Both the position numbers and the translations under genes were made by a program. A stretch of 64,000 nt of DNA from Salinispira sp. Its GTDB lineage: Bacteria; Spirochaetota; Spirochaetia; DSM-27196; Salinispiraceae. Under the pieces are notes generated by a model that did not search any database, was not told the origin of the DNA, and worked only from the letters and a program-made list of their open reading frames with translations. The stretch's first letter is position 1; the number at the start of each line of letters is the position of its first letter. The stretch is from NCBI GenBank assembly GCA_965226555.1, contig CBDDDG010000021.1, forward strand, positions 352,001 to 416,000, given 5' to 3'. Positions 42,563 to 52,777 of this stretch are shown piece by piece.

Positions 42563-45301
42563 TCAGATGCTGACCGACATCGGCTCAATTTCATCAAAAT
42601 TCACCGGGAGAATGTTCTTTATTTCATATCGGTAGTCTCGTTTATTAATGGTAAATTCAATTACCTGTCCAACAGTATTGTTCAGTAATTTTGAAGCAAA
42701 GGGAGATAAATGGCTGAGGATCTTTTTTTCAGGATTTGATTCCCAAGGTCCCATTATGGTAACAGTTTCTTCTGTGTTTGTTATAAGATTCAAAAGAACA
42801 ATCATCGTGCCGAAACCGACCTTGTCGTAATGTATGCTGTCGGGCTGAATGATTTGTACAGATTGAAGTTCTTCTTCCCATTTACGGGCTGTTGTATTGA
42901 GAATATCCTGCCGTTCCTTTGCCGCTTTATACTCCGCGTTTTCTTTCAGATCTCCATATTCCCGAGCCGCCGCAATTTCTTTGGAATTTTTCGGAACTTC
43001 AACATCATGAAGCCTTTTGAGCGCCTTTTGCCGGCCCTCATAGCTTTTCATAATGGAAAGAAAACCACTTCGGGTTGTTGTTTCCAGAACATCTGCCTGG
43101 TTGGAAAAGAATGCGAAGTTGGGGAAACGTTCTGAAATTGTTTTTTGAATCATCTTCATTACTTTCGCGTCCATATCCTTGACATCTTCGAGAAGGGAAT
43201 AGATTCTTCCAACGATATCTTCATTACTCATGCGTATATAGTCGAACAGTGTATTGTCCTTCACAAGGAAATTGAAAACCTGCTTGTGAAGCTTACGGTT
43301 AAGAATGACGTCCCGTTTATTATCAATATCCCGCGCGGTAATATCCAATAAATGAATCATGGAAATAAGAATTTTTTCACGTTCAACGCCTGTTTTTGCA
43401 AACCAGTCATCATGTATGCAGTTTTTTACGAACCAGATATAGGGTTCGCGCATATCCCGATAATTATTGTAGAGCTCCAGAAATTTTTGTATGACGGTAT
43501 CCTGATGGTTTGCGGTGATAAGCTCACGCACTACGTCCTTATGAAGATAGTAGGGAAGGAGCGTAATGTAAATTTTATTCCAATCGGGTATTTTGTGTTT
43601 GTGAATATGGGTAAGGAATAGTTTGCGTATATCGGTATTGTTGATTTTTTGAAACATTTCCTCGTAATCTTCAAGATTAGTGAAATATTCCTTGAAATTA
43701 AGATTAACCCCCGGATTTAGAAACGGAAATTGGTTAACAATCCGTAAAATTATTAACATGGCTGAAATAGTATGTTCATTGTAACTTCCAGGATTCCGAA
43801 CGTAGGTAACAAAATAATCGAACATATCAAGAAAAAGATCATTTTCCAGCGATTCTCCATTGTCGCCGATAAATTCCATGAATTCCTGAAGAGTTTTTAT
43901 ACGGTCAAAGAAATCTTTTTCAGCTTTAAACCGATTATAGGTTCGTTCCTCTAGGCTCATAGGCTGATCACGAACCGTATATATATCGGGATTATCAGGA
44001 AGATTCCCGAATGCTTCACCAGTTTTGAGGATATCCCGCGCTTTCAGGCTCCAGCTGGGCCACTCATTTATGCTGAGAATACCGGGAACGAGTTCCGCCT
44101 TTATTTTTTTCAAATCTGCGGCGTTATCGAAACTTCTGATAATTGTTTTAAGCGCCCAGAGAGAATCTGTTTTGACCTTTTTATTCAGAACCTCTTTCTT
44201 TTTCGTGATCCGATATACCCATATATGGTTTTTGTCCAGAACCTGAAAGCTGCTGACAGCCATTTTCAGAGACATCTTATGATTTTTCTTTTGGGCAAAA
44301 TCAACAATAATTTCATCATCCTTTGTTGATGTAATTCTGCCGATGCCCCATGAACGGTGATACACAAAATTGCCCTTATCGAATGCAATGTGCTTCTCAA
44401 AATCCTGTATGGCATCATGAACGTTTCTCCAGTTCTGATTAAGGTTTGATAACCGGATGTATTCTTCAAGATGACTATGGTTTTCGTATTTTGCCTTGTA
44501 GCAATCAACTATCTCTTTTCTCGCCTTAATGTCTTTGCTATCGCAGGTAAGGATCTGTTTCAGAATGCTTATTGATGTTGTCCAGTCCTTCTTACGGAAA
44601 AAATACGGGTACTGCAGTTTGAGTAACTCCACCGCTTCCTGCTTACCGATGATTTTTGAAACTCTTCCCTCCGCATGGTGAAAAAATTCTGTTTCAGAAG
44701 GCACAAGTTCCATGAGTTTCAGCATTATTTCGTGGATTTGATCAAAAGATTTTTTGTTTATATAACGGTGCAGAGCTCGTTTATAGTATGAAGCTGCTTC
44801 CTCCATATGTCCCTGCGCTTCTTCATATTTTGCAAGTTTATATACGATGTCAGCTTCTTCATAATCGACGCGTATGAGACGTTCCCAGATTTTATATTGT
44901 TGTTCCGGTTTATTTTCATGGACATAGCACTCCGCAAGATTCCGCAGGGCATGACGGTTTTCTCCGAAGTCCAGAATTCTCTTACACAGATGCTCTATAA
45001 TGTTCCAACGCTGCTTTTCATTGAATAAATTAATCAGCAAAAGGAGATTTGAGTCATCAATAAATTGACGGTTGAGATTAATAATTCCCGATAAGTAGAG
45101 AGCAACAATGCTATTCTTGGAGGTAGTGAGCTGTTCCGCGCATAGTTCCATTGCCTGTTCTTCAATGTCTGCTGTAAAAATCTGCTCGAGAAGATTATCT
45201 AATTCCAGAAAATCATTGATAGTATAGTTTGGTACTGTCAATCGAGTCCATTTTTCCTTGGTTAAGTGTTCGCTGAGAAGTTTCAGAATTTTTTCCGACA
45301 T
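42563..45301 (-). CDS. greA: Long spirochaete-type transcription elongation factor GreA
   Basis: C-terminal EIAAAREYGDLKENAEYKAAKE, GPWES, SPFA; long helical N-terminal region. Confidence 0.92.
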   Translation of the reverse strand: MSEKILKLLSEHLTKEKWTRLTVPNYTINDFLELDNLLEQIFTADIEEQAMELCAEQLTTSKNSIVALYLSGIINLNRQFIDDSNLLLLINLFNEKQRWNIIEHLCKRILDFGENRHALRNLAECYVHENKPEQQYKIWERLIRVDYEEADIVYKLAKYEEAQGHMEEAASYYKRALHRYINKKSFDQIHEIMLKLMELVPSETEFFHHAEGRVSKIIGKQEAVELLKLQYPYFFRKKDWTTSISILKQILTCDSKDIKARKEIVDCYKAKYENHSHLEEYIRLSNLNQNWRNVHDAIQDFEKHIAFDKGNFVYHRSWGIGRITSTKDDEIIVDFAQKKNHKMSLKMAVSSFQVLDKNHIWVYRITKKKEVLNKKVKTDSLWALKTIIRSFDNAADLKKIKAELVPGILSINEWPSWSLKARDILKTGEAFGNLPDNPDIYTVRDQPMSLEERTYNRFKAEKDFFDRIKTLQEFMEFIGDNGESLENDLFLDMFDYFVTYVRNPGSYNEHTISAMLIILRIVNQFPFLNPGVNLNFKEYFTNLEDYEEMFQKINNTDIRKLFLTHIHKHKIPDWNKIYITLLPYYLHKDVVRELITANHQDTVIQKFLELYNNYRDMREPYIWFVKNCIHDDWFAKTGVEREKILISMIHLLDITARDIDNKRDVILNRKLHKQVFNFLVKDNTLFDYIRMSNEDIVGRIYSLLEDVKDMDAKVMKMIQKTISERFPNFAFFSNQADVLETTTRSGFLSIMKSYEGRQKALKRLHDVEVPKNSKEIAAAREYGDLKENAEYKAAKERQDILNTTARKWEEELQSVQIIQPDSIHYDKVGFGTMIVLLNLITNTEETVTIMGPWESNPEKKILSHLSPFASKLLNNTVGQVIEFTINKRDYRYEIKNILPVNFDEIEPMSVSI

Positions 45302-45380
45302 TATATAATGTTCTCCCTGAGTGTAATGGTGAGCGGAGAAGATCAATGAAAATCATGTATCCGCTCTGAATGTTTTTATA

Positions 45381-45433
45381 GAAAGTTTTGCTACTGGAAA
45401 TTGTGCTTGCACAATTTTCCAATGCAAAAGTTT
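45381..45433. repeat. AT-rich nested palindromic module
   Basis: gaaagttttgctactggaaattgtgcttgcacaattttccaatgcaaaagttt. Confidence 0.9.
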
Positions 45434-45467
45434 GTTATAGTATATAGAAATGTAATGAGTGTGAGAA

Positions 45468-46412
45468 CTATCCATTTGTATATAACTTGTATATTTCAGG
45501 AGCTACACTACGGACCTTCAGAAGAATTTCATCAATTTTATGTTGTTTTTCCTGATTCAATACAAAATAATCAATTAACCAGAAGTAATGGTTGAGTAAT
45601 TTTGGGAGAATTGTGTGCGCTGTTTCATGTTTTTTGAGTTCCTGCTCATAATTGAAAATGCGCTGCCGTAGTTTTCCATACTCCAGAGCCCGAAGTTCCC
45701 TTTTAATATTCAGGATGCCCCAGAGGGTTCCGTAGACCGGTATCCATTCACGTAGTTCATTCGGACCGAAGGTAAAATCGTTCCTCATTTTTTGTATAAG
45801 CCTGACAAATAAATCCGATTCAAAGGCATCAATGTCAATATCCCGCGGATCAAGAAAAAATGCCTCGCGAAAAAATACCCGCGCTTTCTGTTCTTCTCCA
45901 ACAAGAGCGCAGGTATCAGCAAGCTCAGCAAAAAGGCGCGCGCGCGGCATACCATTCTGCATCGCCTTCAAAAAACACTGCTGCGCGTCATCAAAATTTC
46001 CCATTCCCTTATATGCAATGCCCTGCCATAACTGCATTTCCTGCTCATTGTCATTATAATTCAGGCTCGTAAAAATTTTTAGTACCCGAGAGAAAATATT
46101 GAGTCTGAAACTCTGTATAAATTGAATGTCATTGGGGAAGGTCGTCGTAAATTCTCTGAACCTCTTCCAGTATTGCAGTAAAATTTCAGCGTGTTCAATT
46201 GGTTCCTGATAATGAGACAGAGAATCTATTCTTTTTTCCCAGAATTTCATATACTTAAGGCCCCCGATAATTCTCTGATGATTAAAGTCGAGTGAGAATG
46301 CTTCATTCAGACATTCATGCGCGGCAGTAAATTTATCATTCGCAATGAATTCAGCTGCCCTATTAATGAGAAGTTCAATATCTTTCTGATGGTCCTTACG
46401 CTTTGATACCAT
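45468..46412 (-). CDS. TPR-like hypothetical protein upstream of greA
   Basis: Helical repeats GIAYKGMGNFDDA and FFREAFFLDP. Confidence 0.7.
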   Translation of the reverse strand: MVSKRKDHQKDIELLINRAAEFIANDKFTAAHECLNEAFSLDFNHQRIIGGLKYMKFWEKRIDSLSHYQEPIEHAEILLQYWKRFREFTTTFPNDIQFIQSFRLNIFSRVLKIFTSLNYNDNEQEMQLWQGIAYKGMGNFDDAQQCFLKAMQNGMPRARLFAELADTCALVGEEQKARVFFREAFFLDPRDIDIDAFESDLFVRLIQKMRNDFTFGPNELREWIPVYGTLWGILNIKRELRALEYGKLRQRIFNYEQELKKHETAHTILPKLLNHYFWLIDYFVLNQEKQHKIDEILLKVRSVAPEIYKLYTNG

Positions 46413-46457
46413 TAGTCTCCACTATGCAGAAATTACTATTTCTGATATATATATTAT

Positions 46458-47159
46458 ATGGGTATCTATCAAAATACAACTACTCGCAGTAATTCTCATC
46501 TGCCGCCGTACATTGCGCCTTCAATACTGTCGGCAGATTTTTCATCTCTCCGGGATGAGTTGCGAATTATCGAAAATTCAGGGGCTGAATGGGTTCATCT
46601 TGATGTTATGGATGGACACTTTGTGCCTAATCTTACCTTTGGTCCGCAGATTGTTTCTGATCTCCGTTCCCATTCACCGCTCATTTTTGATGTGCATCTC
46701 ATGGTGAGTAAGCCCATGGAAATGATTGAACAATATGTTACTGCAGGAGCTGATAATATAGTATTCCACATTGAGGCGGTAACACATGCTCATAGATTAA
46801 TTTCAATGATCCGGAATTGTGGAAAATCTCCGGGTATTTCTCTTGTGCCCTCATCGCCGGTTGCGCTCTGTACGGAACTTCTCCCGCTTGTGGATCAGGT
46901 TCTGGTTATGAGTGTGAATCCGGGATTCAGCGGGCAGTCATACATTGAACAAAGTACCTCTAAAATTCGTCAGCTTTCTGATATTAGAAAAGATCATAAT
47001 TATTCCTATCTGATAAGTGTTGATGGAGGAATAAACCTTAATACCGCGCCTCGGGTTATTGATGCCGGGGCTGATGTGCTCGTAAGCGGCAGCGCCTTTT
47101 TTACGGCACAAGAGAAATCTCTCTTTGTCCGTCAACTCAAGGGAGAGCAAATTGCATAA
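46458..47159 (+). CDS. rpe: Ribulose-phosphate 3-epimerase
   Basis: IAPSILSADF, HLDVMDGHFVPN, MSVNPGF, VDGGI. Confidence 0.96.
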   Translation: MGIYQNTTTRSNSHLPPYIAPSILSADFSSLRDELRIIENSGAEWVHLDVMDGHFVPNLTFGPQIVSDLRSHSPLIFDVHLMVSKPMEMIEQYVTAGADNIVFHIEAVTHAHRLISMIRNCGKSPGISLVPSSPVALCTELLPLVDQVLVMSVNPGFSGQSYIEQSTSKIRQLSDIRKDHNYSYLISVDGGINLNTAPRVIDAGADVLVSGSAFFTAQEKSLFVRQLKGEQIA

Positions 47160-47176
47160 AAACGCTTTGCTCCGTG

Positions 47177-47232
47177 TGGCGCAGCCTCCGGCCAGCCATC
47201 GGAAACTTTTATTTTATGCAAAAGTTTCCGAT
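47177..47232. repeat. Degenerate GC module plus hairpin just before an SD
   Basis: ggcgcagcctccggccagcc + tcggaaactttt...aaaagtttccga, followed by aaggag-GTG. Confidence 0.7.
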
Positions 47233-47251
47233 AATAAAAAAGGAGCTGAAC

Positions 47252-48256
47252 GTGAAAAGATACTGCATATTAGTATTCACCTGTATGATTTCATTTTCTC
47301 TGTGGTCGCAGATACATACAAACGATTTTAATTCCGGCATCGTTAAATATCAGGAAGAAAAATATTCTGAAGCACTTTCTACCTTCAGGCAGATACTGCT
47401 TGATCCGCAGTATCGAAATTATCACGGCGATGCGTATCTCTGGATAGGCAAAACCCTTATTGCGGAGAATCGTTTTGAGGATGCCGAACGAAACATTGAG
47501 TTTTTTCTTTCAAATTACCCCAACAACAGTAATTATCCTGAGGGCCTTTACCAACGCGGGAGAATACTCTTTTTCAGTATGCGCTATGAGTCGGCAATAG
47601 TGGCTTTTTCGGAGTTTACCTCCCAGTACCCCGATCATCCCTTTGCAGCTAATGCCTATTACTGGACAGGTGAGGCGCTCTTTCACACCGGGTATTTGGA
47701 TCAGGCAGAGAAACTGTTTCTTATAGTAATTAGTGAATTTCCGAAAAGCTATCGGGTTGAAGCAGCCCGATATCGGCTATCCGTTATCAATTTAAGCCGA
47801 CGAGAACAGGAACTTCTCAATCTTCTTCAATGGACCCAGGAAGAATATCTGCATTACATAGAGGGTTTCCGTACAGAGGAATTGGAATATCAGGAGGCCA
47901 TACGTTTGTATCAGGCCGGAGCTGCGCCTGATTCATCCGGTCTGGCAGCGCGGGAACTCGAAGAGTTACTGCGAAGGATTACCCAGCTTGAATCGGAAAA
48001 TACACGATTGAGGCAATTGAATAATGAACAACGGGAATTTGTCCGGGTACTTGAGAATGATGTCAGAACTATTCAGAATAACCGATCATCTGCGTCTCAG
48101 GAAAACCTGGCGGAAAGCCAGATCATCCGAAGTACCGATGCCGATTTTCAGCAACGTCTTGATCTTCTTGCCCTCAAAGAAAAAAGCCTTATTCTCAAGG
48201 AAAATTTAATTGAGAATCTTGAGCGTCTCATTGCAAATTCCGGGTATCAGCAGTGA
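47252..48256 (+). CDS. Exported TPR protein (BamD/CpoB-like) with coiled coil
   Basis: Signal peptide; YP.HPFAANAYYW.GE TPR repeats; GTG after AAGGAG. Confidence 0.78.
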   Translation: MKRYCILVFTCMISFSLWSQIHTNDFNSGIVKYQEEKYSEALSTFRQILLDPQYRNYHGDAYLWIGKTLIAENRFEDAERNIEFFLSNYPNNSNYPEGLYQRGRILFFSMRYESAIVAFSEFTSQYPDHPFAANAYYWTGEALFHTGYLDQAEKLFLIVISEFPKSYRVEAARYRLSVINLSRREQELLNLLQWTQEEYLHYIEGFRTEELEYQEAIRLYQAGAAPDSSGLAARELEELLRRITQLESENTRLRQLNNEQREFVRVLENDVRTIQNNRSSASQENLAESQIIRSTDADFQQRLDLLALKEKSLILKENLIENLERLIANSGYQQ

Positions 48257-49359
48257 AACATCTTGCTGCAGGATTGTTTATATTCCTGTGTATACTCCCT
48301 GCCATGTATCTTCACGGGCTTGATTATGTCGTTGGAAACTATAATCTCGGTATATTTGAGGAGAATGGACATTTTTCCCTGTCCTATCGTAAACAGACAT
48401 CGCATGTTCCCCTTCTGGACAACGAAAATCCGCGAAGCAGTTTTATTGAAATCCTGTATAATAATAGAATCATACGTTTGGCGAATGAGAGCGTTTTTTA
48501 TATTACTGTCCTCGAAACAGATGAGGCAATCATCGTACAATATGACCTAGGGGGAATTATTGTTGAAGAACGGTTTTCCTTTCTCCGGCAGGAAAACAGA
48601 ATTCTTGCGGTCAAAATTACCTACAGCATCCATAACAATTCTGGAAATGATGTATTTATTGGTATCCGCAACATTCTGGATACTGTGCTTGGAGAATCGG
48701 AAGCTGCCCATTTTTCAACGCAGAACGATGGGGCGGTATTTGATGAGCTCATGTTCCTGCCTGACCCCGATAATTCCGACACCGATAATTCCTACATTCT
48801 CAGCGCGAATGAAACCGATCAACTTGCAATATACTTCTGGGGTAAAACAGGGCCGGATAAGGTACTGCTTGCAAACTGGAAGCGCTTATCTGATAGTAAT
48901 TGGGAATATACCGTTCAAAATGGAAGAAATTTTACCGAAGCGCCGCTCTCAATTAATGACAGTGCAGTTGCGCTTGTTTTTGAACCTCGAACTATTGGCG
49001 AGGGGCAGAAAGTACATTACGAAATTGTTCTCAGCTATGTGCCAAGTGATACCGATCCTCTTGCATGGCGTGAAAATCTCATACATGCGCATGTTCATAC
49101 ATTACGCTATGGGACAAGCCGAATTACACACATTGATGACAACGCATTTCCTCAATCCATAGATGGTTTGAATTCCGAAAACTATAGCTCTGAGCAGCTT
49201 CGGACAGTGTCATCATATCTTCGTGATCTGGAGATTCTTGACAGTTTCATTAGTCAAATTGATAGTATCCTTTATTCGCGGGGAATAGTAACATCGCAGG
49301 ATATTATCCGGATGGAGGATATATTGGCTATAATTCGTAAAAATAGTTCACATTATTAG
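48253..49359 (+). CDS. Exported hypothetical protein
   Basis: 368-aa ORF with signal peptide; overlaps the previous stop. Confidence 0.7.
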   Translation: MKHLAAGLFIFLCILPAMYLHGLDYVVGNYNLGIFEENGHFSLSYRKQTSHVPLLDNENPRSSFIEILYNNRIIRLANESVFYITVLETDEAIIVQYDLGGIIVEERFSFLRQENRILAVKITYSIHNNSGNDVFIGIRNILDTVLGESEAAHFSTQNDGAVFDELMFLPDPDNSDTDNSYILSANETDQLAIYFWGKTGPDKVLLANWKRLSDSNWEYTVQNGRNFTEAPLSINDSAVALVFEPRTIGEGQKVHYEIVLSYVPSDTDPLAWRENLIHAHVHTLRYGTSRITHIDDNAFPQSIDGLNSENYSSEQLRTVSSYLRDLEILDSFISQIDSILYSRGIVTSQDIIRMEDILAIIRKNSSHY

Positions 49360-49363
49360 CAGC

Positions 49364-50437
49364 ATGAAAGATACGCATAATGATCTTCGGGCAGCTCAGA
49401 CATTATTCGCCAGACAAAAGTATGGACAGATTATTTCCCAACTTACCCCGCAGATTGTACTTTATCGGAAGGATCCGGCATTTTATACGATACTCGGGTT
49501 TTCATGCCTGTACACTGAAGATTTTGGCGGCGCCTATAGTTATTTGAAAAGAGCCCGCGATCTTGCGCCTGAGAATGTTTCTGTTTTCCTTGGCCTTGCA
49601 GTTGTTATGCTCAGGCGCCGAAAACTTACTGAAGCCCTGAATATCTGGCTGCAGGTACTGGAGCTTGACCCGAAAAATAAACGGGCAAAACGCGCTCTGG
49701 ATATGGCCCGAACTTTTTCAGAGAACGATTGGCTTCAACTCATTGAGAAAAAAAAGTATTCTTCCATACTTCCTGCTCAACGCAGCCTCGTACTCTCCAG
49801 AATAATTCCATGGACAGTTGCCGGATTGCTGCTCGTTGCCCTGCTTGTAGTTATCATATCTGCTATTTCTGGAATTGAACCTCCTTATCGTGTGAATTCG
49901 GAATTGTTGGAGTTTGATCGGAACGATTATACGCCCGGAGATTACTCACAATTTGCAGCCATCATTTTTACTGATGCGGAACTGGAAAGAAAAGTTGCCG
50001 AAATAAAATATCTCTTCCATCATTTTCAGGATAATCTCATTCGATATCATGGAAATACCATACTTATGTCAAATGCTCCTCTCGGCTTGAAAGATCGCAT
50101 CTCCTTCATTATGGCGCAGCTTCAGGTGCCCAACTTCACCAATTTTCAGGATAATTTCGAATACACAGAAGTGGCGGAAAATCCCCAATTCTATAATGGG
50201 GTATATGTCCGATGGCGGGGAAGGGTGGCCAATTTTTCAATAGCTGATGACTTCATCATATTTGATCTGCTGGTGGGCTTCGATGATGGGCGGATTGTTC
50301 AGGGTACTGTACCTGTTATTCTCGATTTTGCCGTTAATCTTCGAGGCGGTGAGGCGGTTGAGGTTATTGCGAGAGTGAGCAGTGAAGACGGTACCATCAG
50401 ATTATCTGCTACATCTATCCGGCTCATCATTCAATAA
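49364..50437 (+). CDS. TPR membrane protein with possible C-terminal OB-fold
   Basis: N-terminal TPRs, one TM helix, YNGVYVRWRGRVAN. Confidence 0.7.
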   Translation: MKDTHNDLRAAQTLFARQKYGQIISQLTPQIVLYRKDPAFYTILGFSCLYTEDFGGAYSYLKRARDLAPENVSVFLGLAVVMLRRRKLTEALNIWLQVLELDPKNKRAKRALDMARTFSENDWLQLIEKKKYSSILPAQRSLVLSRIIPWTVAGLLLVALLVVIISAISGIEPPYRVNSELLEFDRNDYTPGDYSQFAAIIFTDAELERKVAEIKYLFHHFQDNLIRYHGNTILMSNAPLGLKDRISFIMAQLQVPNFTNFQDNFEYTEVAENPQFYNGVYVRWRGRVANFSIADDFIIFDLLVGFDDGRIVQGTVPVILDFAVNLRGGEAVEVIARVSSEDGTIRLSATSIRLIIQ

Positions 50438-50445
50438 AGGGCTTA

Positions 50446-51447
50446 TCATTCAGTAAGCTGACGTGATCTCTTCCGCTCAATCATCCCCATGACCATATAG
50501 ACAAGTTGAGCGGCAGTGAATTCGCAGAAATGACCCCCGAGATTCGGAGCAAGTTCAACAACATCGAATGCAATAACATTCCGCTGCTGAATGACCGATT
50601 CAATGATGGACAGTGTCTGGTACCATTGCAGCCCTCCGGGAACGGGTGTGCCGGTTGCAGGAAGAATACTCGGGTCGAGACCATCGAGATCGATGCTCAG
50701 GTATATATCGGCAGGAAAATCTTCAGGCAAAGTTACCGTATTTATCTGATCAGGCTGCCCGGGCGCGAGCTGGGGAGCATCATAATAATGTACATGGGGG
50801 CAGGAGTTTCTGTATTCCACTTCTTCCCGGCAAAGTGCCCGTACACCCAGTTGAAACACCGGAATTCCGGCATCTGCGCAGCGGCGCATAATTGAAGCAT
50901 GCGACCAGACCTTACCCTGATATGCGAGCCGCATATCGGCATGGGCATCAATGTGTACAATGCCCAGAGAATTCCCTCTGTTTCTGGAATGTTCCCGGCA
51001 GGCCATTACCGGACCGTATGTTATGCTGTGTTCTCCGCCGAGGATAACCGGCAGCGCTCCATGTTCAAGAATGTCTCCTGTCTTACGGGCTGCGGACTGA
51101 AAGAGCCCGTCAACTAATTCATCGCTGAGCCTGTCGTTTTCAGGAGCATTGTACGCAGCCCGAGCATTGTACGCAGCCCTGCGACTGTTCAGCATCAGTG
51201 GTTTGTGGGTGAAAATTCCTGCTAATCCGGGATAACTTGTTCCGTCGTAAAGTTCTAATTGCTGACTGGCGCGGATAATCGCTTCAGGTCCTGCATTGGC
51301 GCCGCCTAAATAGCTGACCGATGCCTCAAACGGAAAGGGGACTACGTGAAATGCCGCCTTGTCGGGAGGTATTGCATCATGTTCACTCTCAAGGAATCCC
51401 AGCCCCTCGTAGCCCTCGTAGGCGGTAAATTCTGCTCTGTGCTTCAT
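50446..51447 (-). CDS. speB: Agmatinase (ureohydrolase family)
   Basis: GGEHSIT, DAHAD, SIDLDGLDP...TGTP.PGG. Confidence 0.92.
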   Translation of the reverse strand: MKHRAEFTAYEGYEGLGFLESEHDAIPPDKAAFHVVPFPFEASVSYLGGANAGPEAIIRASQQLELYDGTSYPGLAGIFTHKPLMLNSRRAAYNARAAYNAPENDRLSDELVDGLFQSAARKTGDILEHGALPVILGGEHSITYGPVMACREHSRNRGNSLGIVHIDAHADMRLAYQGKVWSHASIMRRCADAGIPVFQLGVRALCREEVEYRNSCPHVHYYDAPQLAPGQPDQINTVTLPEDFPADIYLSIDLDGLDPSILPATGTPVPGGLQWYQTLSIIESVIQQRNVIAFDVVELAPNLGGHFCEFTAAQLVYMVMGMIERKRSRQLTE

Positions 51448-51460
51448 ATGATCTCCAGTG

Positions 51461-52777
51461 TTATGAAAGCCTGTTACGGAAATCGTTGTAATTAAATGTT
51501 TTTACCACTTCATACGCGCCATTGCGGCTGTCGAAGGTACAGATGGCCGGAAGCGGTATTCCATTGAAGGTTGTCGTCTTCACCATTGTGTAATGCGCCA
51601 TATCATCAAAGATCAGCCGTTGACCGCGTTTCAGCGATGAACTGAAACTGTAGTCTCCCATTACATCGCCCGCAAGACATGTCTGACTGCCGAGCCGGTA
51701 AAGGCAGGGAAGGGTACCGGGATCAGCCGCTCCCCAGATCTCAGCCCGATATGGCATCTCCAGAGTATCGGGCATATGGCAGGTTGCGGAAGCATCAAGA
51801 ATTGCCACATCCATGCCGTTATGGAGAGTATCAAGAACTGTTGTAAGCAAAATACCTGTGTGTATGGCTATTGCCTCTCCGGGTTCAATATACACCGTAA
51901 GATTATACTCGTCCCGCATCATTTTTATACAGTCAATAAGGAGTTGGCGGTTATAATCATCTCCGGTAATGTGATGCCCGCCTCCGAAATTGATCCATGA
52001 CATATTTTTGAGGACATGTCCGAATTTTTTAATAACAACCTTCAGTGTACGTTCGAGAGGTTCCGCGCCCTGTTCACAGAGAGTATGAAAATGCAGGCCG
52101 CTTATGCCTGCCAGCCCTTCCAATCCTGCCAGCCCTGCCAATCCTGCCAGCCCTTCCAATCCTGCCAGCCCTTCCAATCCTGCCAGCCCTTCCAATCCTG
52201 CCGGTTCATCTTCCTCTTCACGGAATTCCTTCTCAGTTACGCCAAACCGGCTATGAGCTGCGCAGGGATCGTAGAGGGGAATTGTTCCTTCGCTGTGCTC
52301 CGGGTTAATGCGCATGCCGAAATGAATTCCTTCCCGCTGAGCTTGAGCTGCCAGAGCCTGTTCACGGTAATGCTTCCATTGAGAAAAACTATTAAAAACA
52401 ATGTGATCAGCAATTTTCAGTAGTTCAGTAAATTCTTCTTCCTTAAAAGCCGGCGCGTATACATGCACTTCCTTTCCAAATTCTTCCCGTCCGAGACGAG
52501 CCTCATACACCGAACTTGCGGCGGTTCCCTTGAGAATGGAGCTTATCTGCGGAGCGAGGTGAAACATTGAAAAACCCTTAAGGGCGAGAATAATGTTCGC
52601 GCCGGATAGCTCCATAATTTCACCGAGAACATCAAGATTGTATTGTATTGCCGCCTTGTCTATGACAAAGGCCGGCGAGGGAACTTTGCTCGGGTCAAAG
52701 CCCCTGAAGAAGGCAGGCCGTTTTCCGTTTCCGTGGAAGGTCACTCCGGCGCTGCCTGTACTGTCTGTACTGTCCAT
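51461..52777 (-). CDS. nspC: Carboxy(nor)spermidine decarboxylase
   Basis: LALKGFS, YDPC, GLHFHTLCE, NFGGGH, EPGEA, CLAGD, HYTMVK..TFNG. Confidence 0.93.
   Translation of the reverse strand: MDSTDSTGSAGVTFHGNGKRPAFFRGFDPSKVPSPAFVIDKAAIQYNLDVLGEIMELSGANIILALKGFSMFHLAPQISSILKGTAASSVYEARLGREEFGKEVHVYAPAFKEEEFTELLKIADHIVFNSFSQWKHYREQALAAQAQREGIHFGMRINPEHSEGTIPLYDPCAAHSRFGVTEKEFREEEDEPAGLEGLAGLEGLAGLEGLAGLAGLAGLEGLAGISGLHFHTLCEQGAEPLERTLKVVIKKFGHVLKNMSWINFGGGHHITGDDYNRQLLIDCIKMMRDEYNLTVYIEPGEAIAIHTGILLTTVLDTLHNGMDVAILDASATCHMPDTLEMPYRAEIWGAADPGTLPCLYRLGSQTCLAGDVMGDYSFSSSLKRGQRLIFDDMAHYTMVKTTTFNGIPLPAICTFDSRNGAYEVVKTFNYNDFRNRLS
52107..52202 (-). repeat. 5 x 18-bp in-frame repeat (GLEGLA) in nspC
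   Basis: cctgccagccct(t/g)ccaat tandem units. Confidence 0.92.
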
